Assembly (NCBI GenBank): GCA_965238125.1
Contig: OZ250179.1
Location: 2,406,723-2,470,722 of the forward strand
Length of the DNA stretch: 64,000 bases
Direction of reading: 5' to 3'
From: Bryobacterales bacterium
GTDB taxonomy: Bacteria; Acidobacteriota; Terriglobia; Bryobacterales; UBA6623
The stretch's first letter is position 1. Every line of letters starts with the position of its first letter. Both the position numbers and the translations under genes were made by a program. The notes below the pieces were generated by a model. That model did not search any database. It was not told the DNA's origin and was given only the letters and a program-made list of their open reading frames with translations. Below are positions 56,668 through 64,000 of the stretch, in pieces.

Positions 56668-57219
56668 CTATTCCTCGCCGCTACTCCACGGCGGAACAAC
56701 TTTATTGACCCGCGCGTAGGCGATCGATTGGCCCAGGTGTTCGCTGAGGTGCTCGAGCGAGGCCCAAACGGCTTGCCGCATGGTCATATCCTGGCCGAAC
56801 ATCTTCACGTCTTCTTCCGATTGCTCGGCACTCAGCTTTTCAATGGCGCCCCGAAGGTGAGCGAATGACTCCTTCACTTTCGGAACGATTTCGGCTTTGT
56901 CGGTGGTTTGCGTGTCGTAGCCGTCGAAACTGAAACCCTCGGGCACCGGAGTGCCGAAGTTGTTCGGAATTCCGTAATTCGCACCGGCGATGTGCAGATA
57001 CACTTCGCTGACCGAGCGGACTCCTTCTGCGGGACGCCAAGTGTAGTTCTCCGCGGGAACGGCCTCGGCCAACCCGACAACTTTCTCTTCGATTGAACTC
57101 AACCTCGCCAGCGCTTCATCGCGGTACGCCGGACTCGCCGGCTCGGCTTCAACAGGCGGCGGCGCGGGCGCGCAGGCCGCCAAACCGATAAGGCTGAGAA
57201 GCAGTAAAACTTTGTACAT
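56668..57219 (-). CDS. DinB-superfamily lipoprotein
   Basis: Lipobox MYKVLLLLSLIGLAAC. DinB-like helices (VSEVYLHIAGANY..SLEHLSEHLGQ). Confidence 0.7.
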   Translation of the reverse strand: MYKVLLLLSLIGLAACAPAPPPVEAEPASPAYRDEALARLSSIEEKVVGLAEAVPAENYTWRPAEGVRSVSEVYLHIAGANYGIPNNFGTPVPEGFSFDGYDTQTTDKAEIVPKVKESFAHLRGAIEKLSAEQSEEDVKMFGQDMTMRQAVWASLEHLSEHLGQSIAYARVNKVVPPWSSGEE

Positions 57220-57529
57220 GATCTTTCTCCTCTTTCAGGGACATGAACGAAAGCATAGCTTAATTGACTCGTCCCTTGCCTGCGCCGCTTACCGCCGATT
57301 CACTGAACTCAATATGGAGAGCCGGCCCGGTCCACCGGGCTTGGATTGCAAATAGGCCGGTACGAGGCCGTTTCAACGGCCTTTTCCCTTACGGCTTTCG
57401 CCATGGCCGAACCAAGAGAAAATTGCAGGCAGGGAAGCGCTCGCGCCGGTGCCGCCGATTCTCCCATATTTGTGTCGCGCACCCCTCTGAATCCGAGTTT
57501 CCTTTTTCTCCTATACTGGACACAACCCG

Positions 57530-57754
57530 ATGAACTTTCTTCGCCGATTGGTGATTCGCGCCGCGCGGGAACTGGCCGCGAATCCGGAAGCCCGCGCCAA
57601 AGCCTCACAAGTGTTCGAGGACGACGTCAAGCCTCGCGCCCGCAAAGCTTGGCAAAACGCTCAACCGGAAATCGAAAACGCCAAATCGGGGCTCGTGGGT
57701 TTCGCTCGAAAGGTACGCGAGGAATACCGCAAGGGCCGCGACGGCGAATCGTAA
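57530..57754 (+). CDS. Small hypothetical protein
   Basis: 74-aa ORF with an ATG and helical, charged sequence. No other support. Confidence 0.35.
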   Translation: MNFLRRLVIRAARELAANPEARAKASQVFEDDVKPRARKAWQNAQPEIENAKSGLVGFARKVREEYRKGRDGES

Positions 57755-57920
57755 GCCCCCCGCCCAGTCCGGTACTCGCTTCCCGCGAACACCACGGAAC
57801 TTTCTCTCCGGCTTTGGCCTACATTCCTCGCTGACATCGATTTGATTCACTCGCGAGGAGCGGCGGCCACTTGCGCCGTCTCCGCCGGAGGTCGGCGCAC
57901 AACTCCGATCGGGCGATATC

Positions 57921-59084
57921 ATGAGGAAACTCATGACGCATAGCGACCCGGTCCTGCGCCGTGCTCAAACCCGCTTGCCCGAAGTCATCCGGTGGATCGG
58001 CGGTCTTGTCCGCATCGAGTCTCCGACCGACAATAAAGCGGCCGTCGATCGCGCGGTGGAATACGTCGCGGACCACGTCGCCCCTTTTGCCAAGGTCAAG
58101 GCCCGGCGTCAACGCCTCTACGGCAATCACTTGCGGGTCGAATTCAACCTCCCGGGGCGCCGCAAGACTTCGCAAGTGCTGGGCTTGGGCCATCTCGACA
58201 CGGTTTGGCCGATCGGCACCATCGAGCGCATGCCCTTCAAGCAGGCCGAGGGGCGGCTGTGGGGACCGGGCGTGTTCGACATGAAATCGGGTGTCGCGTT
58301 TTTCGTGTTCGCGGCGGAAACACTCAGAGAACTCGACATTGCCGTTCCCCATCGATTCGTCATGCAACTGAACTCCGACGAAGAAATCGGCAGCCCGACC
58401 TCGCGGCCCTTTACCGAAGCCGAAGCGCGGAAGAGCAAGGCCGTTTTGGTAGCCGAGCCCGGCGCCGGGCTCGACGGGCGAGCCAAGACGGCCCGCAAGG
58501 GCGGCGGCACCTACACGTTGCGGGTCGAGGGCCGCGCGGCGCATTCGGGGCTCGATTTTTCATCCGGCGTAAGCGCTGTCCTCGAGCTGTCACGGCAATT
58601 GCTGACAATCTCTGAGTGGACGGATCTAGAAAAAGGCGTCACGGTCAATCCCGGCGTCATCCAAGGCGGAACGCGATCGAACGTGGTTCCCGAAACGGCT
58701 TGGGCCGAAGTGGATGTGCGAGCCCCGCGCCCCGCCGACGCGCGCAGGATCGAGCGGAAGTTTCGAAGCCTCAAGCCGGTCGACGGTCGCACGCGTCTGA
58801 CCGTCGAGGGCGGCGTCGGCCGGCCTCCGTTAGTGCGCTCGCGAAGCGTCGTCAAGCTCTATCGCCAGGCCCGCAAGCTCGCCGCCGAGATGGGCGTCGA
58901 ACTGGGAGAGGCGCAAGTGGGCGGCGGGTCGGACGGCAATTTCACCGCCGCGATGGGAATCCCCACTCTGGACGGGATGGGGGGCGTCGGCGAGGGCGCC
59001 CACGCCGTCAACGAGAGCATTCTGGTCAATCGCCTGGCGGATCGAGCCGCGTTACTGGCAAAGCTGATCGCCGGCATCGCCTGA
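57921..59084 (+). CDS. M20-family metallopeptidase (carboxypeptidase G2 / ArgE-DapE-like)
   Basis: GLGHLDTVWP, GPGVFDMKSG, NSDEEIGS and GGSDGNF. Confidence 0.85.
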   Translation: MRKLMTHSDPVLRRAQTRLPEVIRWIGGLVRIESPTDNKAAVDRAVEYVADHVAPFAKVKARRQRLYGNHLRVEFNLPGRRKTSQVLGLGHLDTVWPIGTIERMPFKQAEGRLWGPGVFDMKSGVAFFVFAAETLRELDIAVPHRFVMQLNSDEEIGSPTSRPFTEAEARKSKAVLVAEPGAGLDGRAKTARKGGGTYTLRVEGRAAHSGLDFSSGVSAVLELSRQLLTISEWTDLEKGVTVNPGVIQGGTRSNVVPETAWAEVDVRAPRPADARRIERKFRSLKPVDGRTRLTVEGGVGRPPLVRSRSVVKLYRQARKLAAEMGVELGEAQVGGGSDGNFTAAMGIPTLDGMGGVGEGAHAVNESILVNRLADRAALLAKLIAGIA

Positions 59085-59198
59085 GGGGCTGTGAAAAAAT
59101 GGGGACTGTACCGAGCGCCGACCAAATAAGTTCCATTGAATCAGTAATCACATTCGGCGCGAAGTGGACTGTACCCGATTTTTTCACAGCCCCTCAGG
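59080..59198. repeat. 119-bp palindromic element (family 3 variant) between convergent genes
   Basis: Perfect 21-bp termini cctgaggggctgtgaaaaaat ... attttttcacagcccctcagg. The left arm contains the TGA stop of the M20 gene. Confidence 0.8.
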
Positions 59199-59224
59199 CG
59201 GCGTCACCGCGGAGTGACATGCTT

Positions 59225-60562
59225 CTAGACCGCGTTTGCCGCCAGCCTCCGACGCACTGACTCCGCCGCCAGCGCCGTGATCTCTACGCCTTCGGGTCTG
59301 TCGTTCCGCTCCAAGACACGGGCATGGTCGTAGAGAAAGCTCAACTTTTCTCCGTCTTGATGGGAAAAACGATAGCGAACCTCCTCAACGTCGTCGCCGG
59401 GGAGAAGGCGGTCGATGGCACTACGTAAAGCGTCGAGGCCTTGCCCTCGGAGCGCTGAAACGGCAACGGTATCTTCTTCTTGCGCAACCGCTTCGCCGCG
59501 GGCTTCGGCTTCCACCTCTCCCGCTTCGAGAAGATCGACTTTGTTGAGCACAAGCAAACGAGGCTTGTCGCCCGCTCCCAGCTCATCAAGGACGTTTTCG
59601 ACCTCGCTGATGTACTCGGCGCGGTAGGGGGAAGCGATATCCACCACATGCAGAATCATGGCGGCTTCGGTCACTTCTTCGAGAGTCGCTCGAAACGCCT
59701 GAATCAAGGCCGGCGGCAGACGTGAGATAAAGCCCACGGTGTCGCTCAATAGAATGCGCCGGTGCGAGGGCAGGTCGAGCACCCGGAGCGTCGGGTCGAG
59801 AGTCGCGAACATACGGCTGTCGGCGATGACTTCGGCGGCCGTGAGCGCATTGAAGAGCGTCGACTTCCCGGCGTTCGTATAGCCAACCAGCGCGACCGTC
59901 GCCAGCGGAACCGCGGATCTCTTCTTGCGTTGCAGCTTCCGCGTGGTGCGAACCGACTCGAGTTGCGTTTTTAGCTTTTCCATGCGCTGACTGATGCGGC
60001 GGCGGTCGGTTTCCAGCTTGGTTTCACCCGGTCCTCGAGTACCGATGCCCGCACCCAATCTCGACATCGCGACGCCGCGGCCGGTCAGCCGAGGCAGCAT
60101 ATAATGCAACTGCGCCAGCTCGACTTGCAGTCGCCCTTCACGGGTTCTCGCGTGGCGCGCGAAAATGTCCAAGATCACTTGCGTGCGGTCCAGAATACGA
60201 CAGTCGAGGGCCTTTTCGAGGTTTCGCTGCTGGGTGGGCGCCAGATTGCGGTCGAAGATGACGATGTCGGCCTCCACCTCGGCCGCCCAGGCCCGCACCT
60301 CCTCAACTTTGCCGCGTCCGATGACGGTGGCGGGGTCGGGGGCTTCTCGGGTCTGGGTCGTTTCGCCGAGAACTTCCGCGCCCGCTCCCTCGGCCAACTC
60401 GGCGAGTTCATGCAGCGACTCTTCGGCGGAAAGGCGCACGGGTTCCGCGCCCCCCGTCGGTGAGCGGCCCAAGCGCAACTCCACCCCGACCAACAAACAG
60501 GTCTCACGATCTTGTTCCGTAGTCAGACGTACCGATTCTTTCATGCGATTCCCCAAAGACAA
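59225..60562 (-). CDS. hflX: GTPase HflX
   Basis: [27 protein letters not shown] and NKVD, plus the N-terminal HflX domain. Confidence 0.9.
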   Translation of the reverse strand: MSLGNRMKESVRLTTEQDRETCLLVGVELRLGRSPTGGAEPVRLSAEESLHELAELAEGAGAEVLGETTQTREAPDPATVIGRGKVEEVRAWAAEVEADIVIFDRNLAPTQQRNLEKALDCRILDRTQVILDIFARHARTREGRLQVELAQLHYMLPRLTGRGVAMSRLGAGIGTRGPGETKLETDRRRISQRMEKLKTQLESVRTTRKLQRKKRSAVPLATVALVGYTNAGKSTLFNALTAAEVIADSRMFATLDPTLRVLDLPSHRRILLSDTVGFISRLPPALIQAFRATLEEVTEAAMILHVVDIASPYRAEYISEVENVLDELGAGDKPRLLVLNKVDLLEAGEVEAEARGEAVAQEEDTVAVSALRGQGLDALRSAIDRLLPGDDVEEVRYRFSHQDGEKLSFLYDHARVLERNDRPEGVEITALAAESVRRRLAANAV

Positions 60563-60664
60563 AGGTGACTTTCCCCATCCCCCAGGCGGAGAAAGGACAT
60601 CCCAAAAGGGCCGTTTGGATGAATTAACGGTTGGGCATGTCGGTAGTCTCGGTGCTTGCGAAGT

Positions 60665-60979
60665 CTACTCGTCTCGGGCCGGAGGGGCATCTACCATAGG
60701 CGGGTCCGGCGCCGGCAGGCCCGGCGATTCCGCGGATTCTCCCGTGGGGCGTTCCGCGCTCCGATAGGCGTTGCCCCCGTGACGAGGCGAGTTGACCGTG
60801 GAGATTGCATGCTTGAAGATCAATTGCTCTTGGTGGTGGGTCTCGAAAACGACACAGTACTTGTCGAATCCCTTGACGCGCCCGATGAGCTTTATGCCGC
60901 TCGTTAGATAAATTGTAACGGGTGCGCGGTCCTTGCGGGCGTTGTTGAGAAATGCGTCTTGTATGTTTTGATTTGCCAT
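60665..60979 (-). CDS. hfq: RNA chaperone Hfq with extended C-terminal tail
   Basis: [56 protein letters not shown] (Sm1/Sm2). ATG 60979 is preferred. hfq lies upstream of hflX, the classical order. Confidence 0.9.
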   Translation of the reverse strand: MANQNIQDAFLNNARKDRAPVTIYLTSGIKLIGRVKGFDKYCVVFETHHQEQLIFKHAISTVNSPRHGGNAYRSAERPTGESAESPGLPAPDPPMVDAPPARDE

Positions 60980-61497
60980 TGATGTTTCCTTGACGCAGTC
61001 GGATCGCAGGGGCCGGACTGTCTCATCATACAAGGGTGGGCTTTCGGGCGGCGAGACGAAACGACGTACTTGTTGGAAAGTTCTTGGGGCTCGGGTTGAA
61101 GTCCTTAGGCGGCGTTATTTTGGGCTGAAAACGCCCCGGAATAGCAGCCCGTAGCGTGATTCCTTGCGCCTCAGGCAGGGGGACAGCCTCGTTGCTATGA
61201 ACACGCACCATTCGCAATTTCACCATGAAAATGAACTGCGGAGGGGCGCACCAGACTAGTTGACAGGATGAATCCCGGCGCCGTGACAAAACAATGAGGC
61301 TCCGAAGGGTGATTGACAGCCTTTCGTTGGCCCGGCGGCGACGTGGCGTGACCGTCCACGCTTGCCGCGAACCGATTCATCGGTTCGTATCTTCGGCATG
61401 CGCGGAAACTGCGCAATCCGGCAATCCCAGACACGTCCCGATGACTCGGGGCGCGGCAAGGCTGGAGCCTCACGCCACATCGGGGCTCGTTCCGCGC

Positions 61498-62937
61498 TTA
61501 CGGCCTGCCGAAGTATTGTTCGGAGGGCGCGGCGAAGAAAACGTGGATGCGGCCGGTCCGCGTTTTCTCGGTCGCGTCTTGTTCTTCAAGAAACGAAACG
61601 TCGGCCAGAAAATGCGTGGACCCGCGCGGCACCGGATAGTGGAGCAACGCCGGGGCGGGAATTTCCGTGATCGGGACCGCGTCCGGCTCCCCGGCTTCGC
61701 GGCGGTGATCGGCTGCCGGTCGAGATCCGTCGGGCCCGATGAAATGCCCCGGAGTTTCCTCGTGCAGCGGCGCTTCGTATCCCGATTCTCCCAGGAATCG
61801 CGGATTCTGAAAACGGAAGCGACCCAGAGCAGCCGCGGCTCGGTTCTCGTCACCGCGATCGCTTCCGACACCTGGAAACGATGAATCGGCCTCGAAGACG
61901 AAGTAGATGTGGCGATAACGATTGGGTGGAATTTCGACCTTCAGATCAAACGGCCGCGCGGCGTCGAGCCGGATCGGCGGCGTGCTGTAGACCGGTCCGG
62001 CATTGCCCGCGGGGTCGAGCCCGGTTTCTTGCTCCCAATGCGGGGGTTTTTCGTAATCCTGATTCGCGGAGATTTCGTCCCAAGTGGGCTTGGCCGACTC
62101 CACGCCGCCGGGCGGCACTTCGAGCCCCGCCACCCAAGCAACGCCGTTGAGGACCGCCTTTCGAAAGTTGTCGTCTCGATAGTTGCGATGGTGGTGCGCG
62201 CCGGTGAAGCCGAAACCACGTCCCCCGCCGGGACGTTCGTAGGCCCAAGCAACGGCGTGGCGGTCACCGCGAAGCACGCTCGCGGTCACGTCGGGGTTGT
62301 TTGAGCTGGGGCCGTCGTTGCGCAGCAGAGTGCTCATCTGGGCGTGCGTTTCAAGAATCGGCGTGATCCCTTTGCGGTCGGGCACGAAGCGCATGTGGAA
62401 ATACCACTCGTCGTAGACCGAGAAGGGTTTGAGCCCGTTGGCGGCGGGATGGTCGGGAAAGGCTGAAAATGCGGCCGCCCAATCGGGATTGATCGACCAA
62501 CCCTTTTCGTGGTTCCCGCCGATCCAGCGGCGAACGGCTTCGGCTGGCGGGCCCTCGGGTGGTTCGACGGCGTAGTGAATGAGGGCAATACCCAGGCCGC
62601 GCCCGGCCAGCGCGTCAACCTCGTCAAGATGCGGAAGCGCGACGTGTCTAGCACCTTCGCAGGCCATCACCAAAGCATCGGCGTCGGCAAGTGTCTCGGC
62701 GTCGGGCCAGACGTCCTTTTCCATGACGACGGTTTCGAGTTTCGGCCATTGGTGTTTGAGAGATCGCGCGATCAATAACAGGCCCGCCCGATGCTCGTGC
62801 ATGCCGTAGCCATGGCTGCGCTCGCCGGGCACGAAGACGATTTTCACGGGGTCGGGAGCGCACCCGGAAAGCAGGAAGGCCGACAGCGCGAGCAGCGGAA
62901 AAATATACGGTCGGGGGCGACCTTGCACGAATCTCAT
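61498..62937 (-). CDS. ThuA-domain lipoprotein with additional C-terminal domain
   Basis: Lipobox LLALSAFLLSGC. IVFVPGERSHG..ADALVMACEG..GLGIALIHYA is ThuA-like. Confidence 0.7.
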   Translation of the reverse strand: MRFVQGRPRPYIFPLLALSAFLLSGCAPDPVKIVFVPGERSHGYGMHEHRAGLLLIARSLKHQWPKLETVVMEKDVWPDAETLADADALVMACEGARHVALPHLDEVDALAGRGLGIALIHYAVEPPEGPPAEAVRRWIGGNHEKGWSINPDWAAAFSAFPDHPAANGLKPFSVYDEWYFHMRFVPDRKGITPILETHAQMSTLLRNDGPSSNNPDVTASVLRGDRHAVAWAYERPGGGRGFGFTGAHHHRNYRDDNFRKAVLNGVAWVAGLEVPPGGVESAKPTWDEISANQDYEKPPHWEQETGLDPAGNAGPVYSTPPIRLDAARPFDLKVEIPPNRYRHIYFVFEADSSFPGVGSDRGDENRAAAALGRFRFQNPRFLGESGYEAPLHEETPGHFIGPDGSRPAADHRREAGEPDAVPITEIPAPALLHYPVPRGSTHFLADVSFLEEQDATEKTRTGRIHVFFAAPSEQYFGRP

Positions 62938-62977
62938 TGACCGATCTCCGATCGCGACCGACGAGAGCCCGCGCCCC

Positions 62978-63997
62978 CTACGACTGCAGCCTCAGCATGA
63001 ACCAAACCATTCCCACCACAAAGAGCATCGCGGCGCCGGCGCGCACCGGCTGTAGGCGCGGCAAGCTCCGCTCGATGCGGCTCAACAGCAGCGCGAACAC
63101 AACCAGCAACGCGACCTCCGCCACGCTGACCCCGGCGAGCACGAAAACCGGATCCATCTCCGATTGCTCGAGAAAGCTGCCGAAGTAAAACCCGTGAAAA
63201 ACGCCCATCGCGGCGGCTACCGTCCAGCGGTATCCGGCTTCGGGAAGCAGCAATACCTCAACCGCCAGGTAGGCGACGGTCAGCGCTCCCGCCGCTTCCA
63301 AAAACCGCGCCGAGGGCTGCCAGGATTTGGCGGCGACAACGACGGCCGACGCCGATTCAGCCAGCAGAAATGCAGCCGCCAGCCACAGCAGTTCCTTGCG
63401 GCCGCGGGCGGCCAAGACGAGTCCCAGGACAAACAAAATTTGAATCGGCCCCGAGATGACGCGCGTGAACCCGGCGCCGACTTCCGACCAAGCCACCTCG
63501 ACGGCGGTCGGCGGCACGAAGTTGATCGTGGTTCGCGTAAAACGGAAATCGAAGACGAACTGCTCGCTGACGTCACCGCGCTCGGCACGAAGCAGATGCA
63601 CATGGTTGGGCACCGTGACGGCGGCGAAGTCGCATTCGACATCGAGTTCGTCAATGGGATCGCTGAATTGAAACGCGGCGCGGCAAACATACCATCCACC
63701 GTTCTTGTCTTCCTCGCAAGACGCGTTTTCGGGTTCGGCTTGCTTTCCACCGCTTCGAACGTGGAAATTCTCGAGCAGCGTCTTTTGAGGCTCCTCCAAA
63801 TGGGCGACCTCGTAGAGCGGCATACGAAGCTCGTATTCCGCTCGCGCGCCCTCGACGCGGAGTTCCCCATTGCTGAGGCTCATCACATGGGCGGAAGCGG
63901 GGGAGGGGTAAAGGAACCAGAGGATCAGGCTGGCGGTTGCGGACAATCCCCAGGTCAGTCGTGTTTCGAAACTGAAGGTTGTTTGTGGAGAACGCAC
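62978..63997 (-). CDS. Membrane protein, HupE/UreJ-like C-terminal half (tentative)
   Basis: Signal peptide plus an extracytoplasmic N-domain, then about 5 TM segments with a VFHGFYFG motif. Family assignment is tentative. Confidence 0.45.
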   Translation of the reverse strand: MRSPQTTFSFETRLTWGLSATASLILWFLYPSPASAHVMSLSNGELRVEGARAEYELRMPLYEVAHLEEPQKTLLENFHVRSGGKQAEPENASCEEDKNGGWYVCRAAFQFSDPIDELDVECDFAAVTVPNHVHLLRAERGDVSEQFVFDFRFTRTTINFVPPTAVEVAWSEVGAGFTRVISGPIQILFVLGLVLAARGRKELLWLAAAFLLAESASAVVVAAKSWQPSARFLEAAGALTVAYLAVEVLLLPEAGYRWTVAAAMGVFHGFYFGSFLEQSEMDPVFVLAGVSVAEVALLVVFALLLSRIERSLPRLQPVRAGAAMLFVVGMVWFMLRLQS

Positions 63998-64000
63998 GGG

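Noticed and set aside
61259-61300. Plus-strand TTGACA promoter-like hexamer in the 464-bp region upstream of hfq
   Set aside because: There is no acceptable -10 at proper spacing and no plus-strand gene downstream. This is insufficient evidence for an sRNA.
1-64000. Search for tRNA, rRNA, tmRNA and SRP RNA
   Set aside because: I saw no T-loop consensus (GGTTCGAATCC-like) outside coding sequence and no rRNA-like conserved strings. Absence is by-eye only and should be confirmed with tRNAscan or Infernal.

Overview
High-GC (about 60-65% by eye) chromosomal segment with a clear Planctomycetota/PVC gene signature: a PSCyt/DUF1553 + DUF1501 pair, a Cys-type sulfatase, two ThuA-domain proteins and PSCyt1 cytochrome-c domains. 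I support about 45 protein-coding genes. They include housekeeping genes (lpxC, hisS, rph-rdgB, hfq-hflX), a polysaccharide-modification cluster at the left edge, and metabolic and transport genes. I could not recognise any rRNA, tRNA or CRISPR array. Four things stand out. (1) There is an IS-rich accessory stretch: two almost identical IS110-family elements with IS1111-like architecture at 24.8 kb and 37.7 kb, an IS1380-family transposase with an in-frame stop, and two diverged IS630 elements with A8 -1 frameshift sites. Both IS110 copies sit inside copies of a short intergenic repeat that also occurs unoccupied nearby. Each carries a ~420-nt 3' non-coding tail that is a candidate guide (bridge/seek) RNA locus, and one copy has a 107-bp tandem duplication in that tail. 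(2) Two adjacent glycan-cluster genes (a GT2 glycosyltransferase and a methyltransferase) each need a single-base frame correction. (3) An Nramp-family transporter lacks the canonical DPGN motif and the TM6 Met of the metal site. It lies next to a stand-alone MgtE-N/CBS cytosolic sensor-like protein. (4) Several families of structured intergenic repeats are present, and some show compensatory base changes in their hairpins. Long ORFs antisense to real genes are treated as GC-driven shadow ORFs. All functional calls rest on motif recognition by eye, with no database search.
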